Origin: Lophium mytilinum
Taxonomy: Eukaryota
Length of the DNA: 64,000 bases
NCBI GenBank assembly: GCA_010093605.1
Contig: MU004201.1
Coordinates: 342,289 to 406,288, forward strand
Direction of reading: 5' to 3'
Shown here: positions 48,896 to 62,200 of the stretch, piece by piece
How positions within the stretch are numbered: the first letter of the stretch is position 1
Layout: each line of letters opens with the position of its first letter
Notes under the pieces: generated by a model
Seen by the model: the letters and a program-made list of their open reading frames with translations, nothing else
Databases searched by the model: none
Told to the model about the DNA's origin: nothing
Position numbers and translations under genes: made by a program

Positions 48896-50886
48896 CTTAG
48901 AGTAGGCAGGTCTTACTATTTTATTATATATTCCTACCGTTTCTAGCAGGCTATATACAGCCGCACGCTGCGCGTAAGCTATAAATAAGGCTGTAGATGA
49001 GGCTATCAACAAGGCCGTGCATGAGGCTGTACTTATAATAAAGCTATATAGTAAACCCGTTTTAATATTTATACTTCCTGTTTCCTACAGTATATATAGG
49101 CCGTTGTAACGCTACTTATATGCCTACATGCCTACGTGCCTATAAGTAAGTTGAAACTATTAAATCCTTACCTTATTACGGCCTTTCCGCATTAAGTCTG
49201 GCCCCCCTACATCGCCACTGCACCCCCCTAGCTATCCTAATCTATAAACCGCTCCAGTTCCTGTTTATATAATGCTATCTAACGTTAGAGCGTCTTAAGA
49301 GTAAGCCGCGCTGGCGCTGCCCAAGGCTGAGGAGTAAGCGAAGGCTGAGGATTGGCCTGAATTTATCATAATCCGGCATGCTCGCATCCGACTAAGCAAC
49401 GGATGGAGTTCTCTGCGGAGGACCGGGAGAGTCAGCAGCAGGATAGAAAGATTGCATGGGCTGCATGGGCTGCTGCTAACATTTATCCGGAGCGTTCTCA
49501 ACAGAGGCGGGCTGGTAGCCGCCAGGCTGCTGGGCATGTTGAGCTTAAGGCTGCTGAGACTGCTGTTGAAACTGAGGCGGCTCTTAGACCACCGGGGCCT
49601 GGTGCTGCATAATAGGAGCGTTCGATGGCTACCCTTGCGCATTTAATGCAGCGTCGGGTCGATTATAATCCAAGGCGTAATCTACCATTCCTCATTAGTA
49701 CCGATAGCTATTCGCAGGTGGGTTGAAAGATGGTGGTCCTTAATAGATGGCGCAAGGACCAAAGGTAGTTGGGTAATCGTGAATAATGGGGGGAGCCGTT
49801 ATAGGGGCGGAGCTAATAGTTCAACGGGAGCAGTACTTTGCTCAGCCTGCGAAGCCAACGTTAGATTAGATGGATTGATAGACATGACGCCTTCTTAGGA
49901 GAGTCTTTAAAAGAGTTCTTGAAGACTATATCGAGCTGGTCGAGAGCGATGAAGATATTAAGAGCTTCTACCAGATAGAGAGAAATCACGACGGGGGTCT
50001 CAGGACATTTAAGAAAGAGTAGGAAGAAGTGATGATAGTAATACGATCGAAGCAAAGAATAAGGAAAGGTGCTATTGTGATAAGGATGTGCTTCTTCCTT
50101 TAATGGCTTTGAGTTCTTATCGGGGAGAAGGCCTCTCCTCCGCTATCCTCACGTAAGGATTTCCAATTGCCGTAAGACTATCGGGCTTTGTTAAGCCACG
50201 ATGTCAGGTTCTAGTCATTCTTCTCGCCTTCCTGCTATCGATCTTCCACGGGCAGTTGGCAGAAAGCGTAGTCAGTTGTGTAGCTGTGTCGTAGGAGTGT
50301 TATAAGGGATAAGACAAATCCCTTTATAACGCCTAGCTGGGCGCCCTTTAAACTTATGTCGTTCCAAATATCATAAGGAGGCTCACGACCTAGATAGGAT
50401 AGGTTACAACGCGGCTCGTTTGCGTTGTAAACACGGCTCGGTAAGTTGTTGAGACGGCTTGGCAAGTTGTTTAGTATGTTGTTCTTAGTTTAAGATCTAC
50501 CGATCCTGGAGCTAAGTTATTTAGCTTCGGCCGAAAGGGTATCGTAAAGAAATAGCGCTTAGCTAGCTCCTAACTATTAAGTTCACTGACTTGATAGCCC
50601 TCCGAGGAGGCCGAAGAGGCGGCTGGAAACTGCAACTAAGCTACTAGATGTGATTTCTTCGATCACGTGATGCAGGAATAAGCTCTCGATTTTATATAAA
50701 GAATCTAGCTAGGTATATACACGAAAAAAAGGCCCGTGCAGACCCTATATTTACTAGATCTAGTATGGCAAATATCTATTCCAGATCTATACGTTACGTG
50801 CATAATACACCCGAATGTTAACTGTATATCGAGAATTCCACAATAGTCTTACCACGGTGTGTGTCGGTGAATTCGCGTTCCCTTTG

Positions 50887-50955
50887 CTTCCGCTCTCTTC
50901 CTTGCCTCCGCTCTCTTCCTTGCCTCCGCTCTCTTCCTTGCCTCCGCTCTCCTCC
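50887..50955. repeat. 18-bp tandem repeat (encodes ESGGKE on minus strand)
   Basis: cctccgctctcttccttg x ~4 inside ORF 50787-51107. Confidence 0.9.
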
Positions 50956-51882
50956 CGGGGGGTGGCCTCTTCGTCGGTAAGGATCTCGCCCTTCACGGAG
51001 GTCTTATCTATTACAAGGACCCGTTTAAGGAAGTTTAGAGAGCACTTAACTCGACCTCTCTTTTTAGCTTGAAAATCTTTTAGCTTAACGTGGCGTCCAC
51101 GCTGCATGTTCCTGTCCTAACCGACCGCGTTAACCTCTTTTATCTTAAAGATCTCCGGCTCAACATGCCATCCACGCTGCACTTTCCTATCTCAACTAAA
51201 CGCGGCAACCTCTCTCTACGTCGTTGTGCTAAGAAAACTCCACGTCTTCCATAGAAAACGATTTACTAATTAAATACCCGAGTGGCTTGGTTAGTGCGAC
51301 ATGCCGACGCAAGACCCCTCTTGATCTCAAGTAAATCGTCTTCACACACGAATGACTTTGACATTAAGGCCCTTTGCTTAGTTTTGACCCGGATATAGAC
51401 TTCATGTAATAATAAAACTATCTAGCTTAATATTAACGATGGCGGCGGCGGTAACAATATAATGTGCAAACACGAAGCTATGTCTAAAAGGCCAGACTCT
51501 AAACAGAAAGGACTAACGTCCTGGTCTTGGGGGATAGCGAGTAGTAGGCGTTTAAAGAGAATACGAGTTCCGCGGTAAGTGGGATTCTTCGAAAAAGCTC
51601 TTGGGTCTTATCGTCCGCTTGGCAGGTCTCGCATATCAGTTAATGGAGAGAGACGAATAAGGAGAGAGTAGTAGAAGTAAGGGGTACTTGCGCTGCGCGA
51701 AAGTTAATATGCAATTCTAAACCGGTTTCAATGTTTAGCATCTAGCGTGCTATTCGCGAGCTATAGGAATTCTTAGAGAGACTTTAAACATTACGTAACA
51801 CTAGAGCTTTAGAGTAGATTTGAAGTAATTTAGTAGTAATAATACTACTCTAACTACTCAACAGCATCTAATGCTAGCAAAT

Positions 51883-52950
51883 CTAGGAAGGGAGTGTATC
51901 GGGCAATGCCGTTGTTGGAAGATCTTCTCCCAACATAGCCAGCTCTAAAAAGCTAAACCACTTAGCACAATAAGCGGGCCCAAAGATTGCATTCATCTTG
52001 CGCCGATTTCCCTCTGGTCTTTCCGTTTTGAACCGATAGTAGTCAAGGAGACAAGAGCCCATGTACTTTCCGTTCGGCTTAAAAGTAGCAAGTATGCTAC
52101 CAGAGGGGGCAGTTAGGTCAACCCTTTTCTGAGACGATGAGTGTTTAGCGAGGAAGTCCTTTACTTGTTGACTGTTAACTTCTACCGGGCGTTTCTCGAC
52201 TCGCGTATCTTTAGTCACCGCAGAAAACTCTTCTAAGACTTTCTCTAGTTCCTGAAGTTTGCTTTTAGCTGCAGGTACGCATAAATCCTATATGCGTTGC
52301 CTTTGCAGCGTCCAATACGTTAAAGATAGTACTGGGAGCTGCTGAAGAGATAGTGCTCGTAGTTGCCGAAGTACAAAATTGTATTTATCATAGGTTGCCG
52401 TGATGATATTTTTGTTGCCCGGTCTGCTAAGAACCATAATACACGCTAGTATACCAGGAGTATAACGGTAGTTATGGACTTTTTTGAACCGTTTTTCTTC
52501 GTGTATGTCCGTCATCAGTTGCTGAATTTTGCCCGGGTCAGACGAGACCATACCACGGGCCACAGCCATCTTCAAGAAAAGTATAATAAGGCTGGGGCAG
52601 CCTACTTCTTTTGCGGAGTACATGAAATGAAAAGGGTTATTTTCTCTCTGTTGTGATATTAATGTCCGCAGAGATTCCATCTCGACTAGCTTCTCGTGCA
52701 GTCTATTCTGGGGGCCTACTGCCAGGATTGTAGTCATTGCATTCGAAATTATGCTCGTGGTGTAATAGAACATCAGATCTAATAGCTGATTCTTTCGACG
52801 CTCGTACATCTTGGGACAATAGTTAGGAAGCGGGTCGTGGCGTGCGACTTGCTGAATAAGTTCCAGTAGACGGTTGAAGTTGTAATGAACAGCTGTCCAT
52901 TCTCTCACAAACTCTCGTTCGAAGGCAGAAGAACCCTCCGGAGATGTCAT
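51883..52950 (-). pseudogene. ~355-aa hypothetical protein with one in-frame TAG
   Basis: ORFs 52288-52950 and 51883-52218 are in the same frame, and the linker DLCVPAAKSKLQELEKVLEEFSA is open. Confidence 0.65.
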
Positions 52951-53582
52951 TTTGCTTCCTTAAGAATGACTTAGACTATAAAGAAAGGCAAAACAGGTGT
53001 TTAATCTTACCTATGAAAATTGGCTAAGCTTTTATATTAGACGTGGCTACTATATAAGTATCTAAGTGAGATTAATAGTTTCAAGGCTAAAGTTTGGGCG
53101 CTACTATTGTTTTCACATGAGCACAAAAATTGGGGTTTGCGTTAAAACGGTGGAACAAGCAACTGATAACGGCGCTTGTATTTACTATAGTTTTTCTATT
53201 ATTTAGACTACGTAGTTTGCCGTTTCTAGGCGCAAACTATATGTTTTCCGAGTTTGCTGGCCATTCACGTGGCCGGAATAATTAGACAGAGGCCACTACC
53301 GCCGGCGTCCTATGACAGGGTCTTTCTTACTGCCTAGCTTTATTTATAGCCAAGCACGCAACCACGTTTAAAATCGAGTTTAGCTACCTTTCCAAGCTGC
53401 AAGACTAGAAATAGTCTTACACCCTTAACTCCTTTGCACTACAGGGCCTTGGATATCTTACTGATAAAGCTTTGTTTAACCTACCACCCTACTTTAACGC
53501 TGCATTTGGCAACCTCGGGCTACTCTACTATTAGCTTGTCTTGACATTGCTATTACCTGCGAATACCTCACTGTATTGAAGA

Positions 53583-54803
53583 ATGGATTGTGTCGGTACG
53601 TTAGCATCTGCGTATTAGACTTTACTTAACCTCTTATCTACACCACGACGTTATAGCTAACTTGTAATCTAAGGGCAAATAAACGCGGATTGGACTCACG
53701 AAAGTCTACCTCCAAACAAACCATCCTCTGGCACTAGCAACACCGACACAAGTGAACATAATGACTCCAACGGCGAATACAACAACCACAACGACTATGA
53801 CGACTATGACGAGGATGATGTCGACATTGCATCAACACACGACCGCAATTCCGAGTTGTCTAATCGCATAGAGGTGAAAAAATTCTTCAATGAACTCAAT
53901 ACCAAGTCAACTCTATAGGAAGTAGAAACGCTTGACTGGCTTAGTGAACTCCCTCTCCGCATCTGGGATGATGCTATTCCGCTCTTTACAGATGGGAAGC
54001 CCGAAAAAGAGTCTTCAACGGATTACCAGCTGCATCCTTGTTACACCCGCCTTAAGCTTGGTAAAGCGGCTAAGCAGCCCCACCCAGATATTTTCTAAAT
54101 CTCTGCGAAGGGTTAGTCTATTGACAAGAAAGTCGTCCAGGGTATTGGCCGCCTTTTCGTCAATATCAATACCAAGAATGGATAAAAGTCTAAGTGGACT
54201 GGCTACAAGATGTTTATTGACCAAAGTTTAAGGCTTCTTATGGTTTTCGACTATAGATCACTCCAGTATCCAGCCAAAGACTGGCATCCACTTGGGTGTA
54301 GGCTCTCGTTATTATGCCTTTAAACGACTGGCGACGACCAACAAAAAGTCGGCCAAGTACTAGAGAAAGCACCTTTTACTTAGGCTAGCTTTCCAGACTC
54401 CTCGAAGTTTATTGGTCGAGTTTCCTTTAAGGAGGTTGAAAAGGAGGTGGCCAATACCTATGACAAAGGCACAACAGAGGAGATCAAGTTGGACCAATTC
54501 GAATACTACGATACTGACAAGATGTTCCCGAAGACTACTCCGGATGCTTGTCCGGACGACATCACAACAGCTATCAAGACGACGGCGCAAGGAGATAAAG
54601 ATGGCAAGAGGGGCAATGGTGTAAAGAAGGAAGAGGCGCTCCTGCAGGCGCTAGCGTCGAGTCGTCCCAAGCTAGAGGTCCCGATTTTTAAGCACAAGAA
54701 AGATGTGCAGACGCTCGACAACCGGCCTGGGAAGGACAGCAACAACGCGAAGAAGAACTACGCCGCGGGTAGTTCGGATCGGAGTGTGAAACGAGTGATG
54801 TAG
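53583..54803 (+). pseudogene. Hypothetical protein with acidic N-terminal patch
   Basis: DYDDYDEDDVD region, a long read-through frame, and ORF 54447-54803. Confidence 0.45.
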
Positions 54804-55774
54804 AGAGGAGATTGTAAGAGTGCTTATCTTAAGAAGTAGGCATGAAAGCGGAAGGGGGTTGCAAGTCTAGGGTACATATTAAAACTACGCTTCTATAGGC
54901 GTACAAAGTTAAGTATGCAAGAATATTTCCGATCTAGCGTTTGGGAGGCAGTAGGGAATAGGATGCGGCGGCACTTATGAAACTGCTTGTCAAAGTGGAT
55001 AAATAAGACCTGGGCCGCCAGTTAAGAGGCGCTAAGCTAAGATAGTAGTTTAGAGTCTGGAGGTGAATGCTATAAGCGTCTTGTTTTACTCTTATTATAA
55101 ATTGGATACCGGGCCACTATGAGATGTTTAGCCGGGCATAATCCATGCCAGGCTATAGTACTGGTGCTTTGACCTAATTCTTTCTTTTTATAGATTTCTG
55201 GATACACAGAAGACGTCGAAGCTATAGGTTGTTGGCAATTACCGGAAGATGAATTATCTGCATTGCAGGAAAGCCGGACGCCCATACGTGATAACAGAAA
55301 GCGCAGCAGGAAAAGAAACGGTCGTGCCTGTTAGTACTTCCTGTGGACGAGAATTTAAATCTAACCAAGCTAGAGCAGTAGATCCCCTAAAAAGAGAAGA
55401 TCCCCGGGATAAGTTTTGAAGTTCTATTATAACATTGCGTTGGGCTTTTCCAGGAAGCGAGGGAATACTATATTTGTAAAGAAAAAAGAAATCCATTTTA
55501 ATGAGCTCCTAGGCCCGGTAAATAAGCCAGCGTATGAATGCCACTGCTCCATGTAGGCCTTAAATTAGGCATCTTGCGCTCCGCGCCCGCTGAAATCGGC
55601 TGCAGGCCTCTGGCATTTTATCGCGTTGGCATCGTTAGTGGCGAAGCTGCTTTCGTCCCGAAGTTCGGATGCTGAGGCTAGACATTTTGCGACCTGCTAG
55701 TCCCCTTCAAGTAGTAGGTAGCAATCTTTGAGGCTGCTGGACAACTCTACCCTCTTGTTATTATCATCCTTCTC

Positions 55775-55960
55775 CGGTTCGTCCTTATTTGAATAGTTAA
55801 ACGTGAGATCCCCCATCGCTAGGAGATTGCGACAGACAAAAAGTGCGATATTGTAGACTTTGCAATCGTTCTTACTATAGAACACGGTGTACTATATGTA
55901 ATACGGCTCGCATAAGCGGTTCCTGAACTTGATCGGCCCTCCCATATATTCTCCGTCGAC
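55775..55960 (-). pseudogene. Fragment of SET domain resembling DIM-5/Clr4 (H3K9 methyltransferase) C-terminal half
   Basis: VDGEYMGGPIKFRNRLCEPYYI*YTVFYSKNDCKVYNIALFVCRNLLAMGDLTFNYSNKDE follows the DIM-5 pattern VDGEYMxGPTRFINHSCxP...DLALFA..DI..G.ELTFDY. Confidence 0.8.
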
Positions 55961-57307
55961 ACTTAGAGCCGTTCTTAAGATAACCCCTCCAACTCTTCAA
56001 ACTTGTTAAGGAGTAGAGATAATAAGTTGGGCTGGTGGGTAGGCGACTATGTCTTGGTCTAAGAAAGACGCATGCCGAGCAAAGTAAGTAGAGTTTGGGA
56101 ACGACATGAGCTGGAGCGGAGGGAATTAAATGAGGACGATATGCAGCGCTTCGTACGATAGCGTTTGGTAGACAGTGATCTTGAATCCTTGCGCTCTTGA
56201 CTTATCGACATTAATGGACCTACGGACGCCTATTACGTGGCGATTACTTCTCCTTCTTGTTTTTCCTTTTCTCTTCATCTTATTCGTTGTAGATTTGGCA
56301 TACTAGTAATAATGGTAACGCGGAAGTATCTATCAAACAAGTAGCACGAGGGCGCGGGGCTCTTTTAGAAAGAGGAGGAGGATGCATTAAAACCACGCAA
56401 CCCGAAGCAATATTGAAACCCAAGAGACTTTAACGAGAGAGTTTTCAAGAGAGACCAATGAGCTACGAAGAAGAAGACGCCCGAGAAAGTCCAATTGACT
56501 TTTTCCAGCACTTTTTACTAGCTTTATAATCACATAATATGGAAAAGACGGCAACACTGTTATATTACACGCACGTACCTACGCATAAGCCAGAGATAGA
56601 TTAGAATGAGCCCGATATTCTTGAAGGAGCTAGTAGTTATAAAACTCTATACAATACGCTAGTACTAGACCGCGGAAATCATCGAGAGAACCTCGAGAAC
56701 TACCTAAGATGGCGAGGGGACACCTAAGGAAGGCTTCGAAAGTCACTCAGAAGAGTGCGGAGAATATCTAAGGGCTCTACACGGTGGGATTACAATAGGA
56801 CATTAAGAAACGCTATAGGGTCGCCTTAGGGAGATGATACCGGAATCCGAACCAAAAGTGCTGCGGAGCCTTATAATGTTAAGATAATGTTGGGAGATTC
56901 CGGAAGCTCTAATAGACGTTTAGAGAGCGACTCCAGCAGTAATACAGGTAGAATAATTACGAGAAGTAACGATGGTATTAGAGATGATTTTTCTGCAGAT
57001 GGAGAAAACAATAATGAGAACGGCAAGGTTAAGAAAGGTTGCTGTCCCACGCTAATCTGACCCGCGGTTCGTGATATTTAGCATAATATTACGCTGCCAC
57101 GAGAGCAGGCATATACAGAGCCAGGTGGCTAGGGTGTGCGCTAGTTATAATACTTTGTAGTGCTACGGTTTATTCTAACCTTCTAAAGGGCGGGAGTAGC
57201 CACGTGCTGAATTGTAGCGCGAGTCGTGGAGCGGTTGCCACTATCTGGGCATAGTGGCACAATATTACGTTTCGCCAACAGCGCGGGCGTGGCCGGCAGG
57301 CGGGATA

Positions 57308-57490
57308 CCGTATAGTTTCTGAACATACAGACGCCAGTCTTGGCAAGCCCGCTGATTCTCTAAACTCAACAGCGTTGGAAAGTGGGTCCTAGCGTCAATT
57401 CAGCTCGCTGGCGTTGACCTGATACGCTGAAAATTCATACTTAAAACAGCGCTGCCAAGACTAACGTCCGTATGTTTAGAAACTATAGGG
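57308..57490. mobile_element. 183-bp MITE with ~40-bp TIRs and TA TSD
   Basis: ta-ccgtatagtttctgaacatacagacgccagtcttggca ... tgccaagactaacgtccgtatgtttagaaactataggg-ta. Confidence 0.85.
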
Positions 57491-58284
57491 TAGTTATAAG
57501 GGAAATATGTTAGGTGCCCCTAGTGCTCAACGTCTAGCCTTAGCAGCTTCTATACCACGGCTAACTCCGAATTTTATTTAGCATCATCTTATAAAGCCGG
57601 AGATTCTTAGAACTATCTTTCTCGCCGCTCCGCTAGCGGTGTTCTAGAAGCTTAGACTCCCTAGGAACCGCCCACGCGTAGCGAAGATGATAAAGTACCG
57701 TTGACGAAGCCCGACTCTGCACCTCTACGTGGTGTTGCAGAGGAACGTTCCTCTCTCTTAGAGAGAGGGAGAGCTAGAGCAAAGCAGAGAAGCCTTTATT
57801 TACACGGCTGGCCACGGCCTAGTAAGGTCGCTGGGACGCCTGGCAATAACCGGTGGGCGAAGTGACTAGCTCCTAGGGAGTATACTAGGAGAAGACGGAG
57901 AGCTAGTTGTAGTGTTGGAGAGTAAAAGGAGAGCTTTAAATAACTGGCTAGCTCCCAGTAAGTAAGTTAAGACGCATTCTTCGATCTCCGCTATAGTCGT
58001 CCAGTCTGCCAGCGGAGTAACTTAGAGCGGCTCGGTTGCCCCAAATATATCCGCTATTCGCATCACTACTCTTTACCTGTAAGCTTGCAGGTGCACAATC
58101 TAAAGGCACGTTTTTAAGAGAGTGGGAATTATGTATACATTATAAAGGTGCCCGGAGGCACGTATATATGCATGTATCGGACGCCAAGTTCTATAATAAT
58201 TAGCCTCTCTAGGCTTACATACCTACCCCCTTATATATAAATGTGAAGTAGAAGCTGTAGTAGTTATTAACGTTGTAAGGTACT

Positions 58285-58905
58285 TGTAAGAGCAGTAATC
58301 CGAGCCCTCTAGCCCAATTATAAGATTAGATATAAGGGGGTGTAGATAGATAAAGAAAGGGGTGTATTATAAGTCAACAGGGGGTGTACTAGAACCCCTC
58401 CCTTAGTATAATTAAAATACATTTTATATATAATGCACATAGTACTAATTTAATTAGAATATCTATTATTTAGCATCTAGATATAGTTAGAATGTATTTT
58501 ACACATAATGTAAGTAATATTAATTTATTTAGAATAACTATTATTTTATATCTAGATATATTTAGAATATAATTCTTTTATAAATATAAAAAACTAATTT
58601 ATCTAGAATATCTATTATTTAGTATATAGATATAATTAGAATATAAATAATAGTTATTCTATATAAGTTAGTACTACGTGTATTATATAAAAATTATATT
58701 CTAATTATATCTAGATACCAAATAATAGATATTTAAAATAAATTAGTACTACGTGCATTATATAAAAATTATATTCTAAATATATCTAGATACTAAATAA
58801 TAGATGTTCTAAATTTATCAATCTATATACGTTATATATAAGATCTATCTTAAGTATATCTACATAGTAAACAATAGATATTTTAGATAAATTAGTACTA
58901 TATGT
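58285..58905. repeat. Right arm of long inverted repeat plus ~75-bp AT-rich array
   Basis: Starts tgtaagagcagtaatccgagccctc. Inverted relative to 48572-48895 until ~58640, after which the units switch orientation. Confidence 0.88.
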
Positions 58906-58910
58906 TGCTC

Positions 58911-59245
58911 CAGGGTGTTTTCTTCAGCTCCTCTCGGTCGGGTTTCTCTCACTTTCACCTTGCGATTGGAGCAGACTTTTCTAAATCGCAGCTCCGTACT
59001 ATACCGCGAGGACATGGATCCAATAATCAAATCGGGAAAGTTGCAGATTGGTTTGATTGATTCGCCATCTAGAAATGGTATCCGATGGATCGATTGGTTG
59101 GTTTCGAGTCCTGCCCTAGGGTGTTTTCTTCAGCTGCTCCCAATCGGGTCTTTCTCGCTTTTAGCTTGCAATTTGAGCAGACGTTTCTAAATCGCAGCTC
59201 TATACTATAATGCGAGGACATAGATCCAACATCTAATCGGGAAAG
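58911..59245. repeat. Two diverged ~130-bp direct repeats
   Basis: agggtgttttcttcagct...ttctaaatcgcagctc...gcgaggacat.gatccaa...aatcgggaaag at 58912-59040 and 59118-59245. Confidence 0.85.
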
Positions 59246-61470
59246 AATACTAGCTTTAGATGAACGCGAGGCTATTATCTCTTCCTAAAGATTGTACGGT
59301 ATCAGTGCCTTTATTCTTTCTTAGTAACTTCTCCGGGCCTTTTAAGTAGCCACCAAGAGCTATTAACATAGTGGCAGGTGTGTTCCATCTTATACATTTG
59401 CGAGGTTTCTAGTTCGTGGCAGCTGTATTTTGACGTATACGTTGTGAGGTTTGGAGGTTCCTGGTCCGTGGCAGCATTCGGTAGAGCTCGCTGCCTACTA
59501 CTTATCTAGCGGACTGGCAGGAAGCGTTCAACATTGCGCCGGATGGTAAGGCAGCTAAGTGGCGGACACAATACATATTGTCCAGAATCTTCGGTTTAAA
59601 TGACGGCCTAGGGACAGCTAGAAGAAAAACGGTCAGCTATATCGGAATCGCGTTTTTGGGGGGAGTTCGGGCCAAGGTACTTATATCCGGCGCGATCTGA
59701 TCTTATAGGGATTACCACTATTCTTAAACGCGCACTATTTCCTGTAGAACTTGCGTGCATTAAGTCGTTAATGGGTTTCATGTCTCCAGCATTCCCACAA
59801 CTCCGCTTTCACACGTGGTCCTCTTCCAGCAGATGCTACCAGCTTCTCAAACGATCCTCAGTCGCCTCAACCTGATCTCAGCCGCCCAGAACCTTTGGAA
59901 AGAAGTGGAGGCGCTAAGGCAGTGCTTTCAACAAGCCTTAGTATTGGTAAAGGGAGCTAGGGTGGATTGCAAAAGTCTTGTATTACTACTGCCTAGAGGA
60001 TCATCTTCCGCGCAATGCTGCCAGCTTAAGGCAATTGATAAACTCCTATTAGGCTTAGCAGGAGTTCAACTGTATATTACACCACGTACGCGGCTTTATA
60101 CATTGGGTAGTTTTCGTTATTTTTTATGCGTCGGGTATGTGTCTTCCCACTTACTGAAATTGGTTGGGGTCCACGGCACCATCACGAGCTAAATGAAGGA
60201 CTTAGGATTGAGTAGAACGTTTTAGAAGGGACTACGCAATAAACACTAATCAAAATGGTAAGCCTTGCCATAGCGACGGTAACGAGGTCGTTTTAATACT
60301 ACTGCTTACTCTACTTGCATTAAATATGCGCGGAAAGCAATAGCTGCAAGGTAAGGCGCGTGAACGTGCTTTCGGGAGATTTCTTATAAAGCCGACTGCA
60401 ATTGTGTCTAGATATCTTTGATAAGGGGTCACGTTGTTATAGCGCATTTAGATCTAATACATCCGAAGTTCGTCTTTAAAGGCGAGTCGTCGCCATAGCC
60501 AATCACGCAGGAGAGTTTCGCGTTTCGAGTTCTTAAGGTTGTTTCTCTAATACTGAAGTACTCTACGAGGCTTTGCGAGCGCTAACACTGCACAGACTAC
60601 ACAGAACACCTAAATTCTCGCTGCTAAGTATGTTATTTTTAAACTTTGGGAATTCAGAGTCTACTGCCTAGATATTGGGCGTCTTGCAAACGAGCCGGAG
60701 CCATTACCAGAACGTTACTAGGTCTTAATTTACTATTTTTCGACAGATAGGAAGTATCGTGAAAAGGGTACGAGCAGAATCATCTGCACTTTGCGGTTGA
60801 CTGAGTGACTCCCAAGTACGCTAAGCCTTATCCGGAGGGCATTGGCTTCGCATATTCCTCTCCCCGCCCTTAGCCGACCCACGCCTGCTCGATAAGACAG
60901 CTGACCATCTATAGTATTCTAGTATCTGGACGTCACGCTATATAAGGATGGTTGCGTCTTATTTACTGTCACGGTCTAGATTATGGCATCTAAAATAAGG
61001 AACGTCTTTAATGCAGCTAAGGAGTCTTGCTTCACAATTACGCTCTTGGTTAAGTAATGGCTTCAAAACCATAAATAAGATCCTCGAACGCAGCCGAAAG
61101 GATATTTCTTGTTAAACCTAACCATTAAGACAACAGCAACCGTTAATTGGGTTTTGCTTTACGAGGGTCTTAACGGAACCAGCAAAAGAAGTCCTATATC
61201 CTACTCACGGTCCGATAACGGCAACGGAAGGTGTCTTTGGTTGGCATTACGGTTAAGGTTTAGACAATGGTGTTTAATATAACCAGTTACGAGTGGGAGA
61301 AAGTGATTGATTGAGTATAGAGGAGCAGTAACCTAAGAAGTAGCTATATACTATTAATTATGTGATACAGTTACGTAACTTTATTAAAAACTCCCCTTTG
61401 CGGCTTAAGCTGTAGGTAAGCCTTATTAAAACCCAGTGGGAAAAAGAGTGCCTGTTACGTCTCCCCTAGA

Positions 61471-62200
61471 TCAAGCATAGGTGATATAAAGGAAGCCTTC
61501 AACCCTTGGATCTTTTTCTTTAATGATTCTATCTCCTCCAGCCATAATTTCCTTGATGAAGCCGAAAGCATAATTCATGCATTTATCGTTAGGTAAGCCT
61601 ACTGATTGAATATAGACGTCGTAAGTTCTGCGCTTTGCCAGGGCTTTATGGACTTGATACTGTCGATGGCTAAGCAGGTCTTTTCGTCCCTTTAGGCGTA
61701 GGTTGCCTTTTGTATCCGTGGTCTCTAGTGGGTGGTTAAGAAGGTCGCTGTTAAAGACATACAGCGCCTTACCGCCCTTAGAGCGCTTCCCGATAATTGC
61801 AACCCAGGCATGCTGATTTGTAGCCTTGTTAAATTCCATGTAGTCTTCGTGCCCTACTAGAGCATTTACAGATGCGATTATATAGGTGAATAGCCCAACT
61901 TGGATGTTTTAACCGTCTGTGGCGTAATTGACGAAGCCGGAGATAGTATTAAAGACCTGTGAATCGTCGAAGCCACCGGCAAGGATCTTCTTCATTCTGC
62001 GTTTTCCATCTTTATAGATGTAAGCTCCCTTTTTATCTACCTCTGGAGTTTAGTAGGTGTGTTGGATTGCCTTCTTCTTTGAGTCGCCACTGCTGTATGC
62101 AATGGGTACGGTGTGGAGACGAGGGCCGTTAGGATACTAGTTGACTGTATAGCGTAGCCAGGCTGCGATTTCAGTGCCTGTTGAGGTGCCTATTGGCTTA
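61471..62200 (-). pseudogene. Putative clan CE (Ulp1-like) cysteine protease
   Basis: His-Asp-Cys order: HAWVAII...LYVF(N/D)SD...IQSVGLPNDKCM. The frame extends upstream through RIP stops. Confidence 0.4.
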
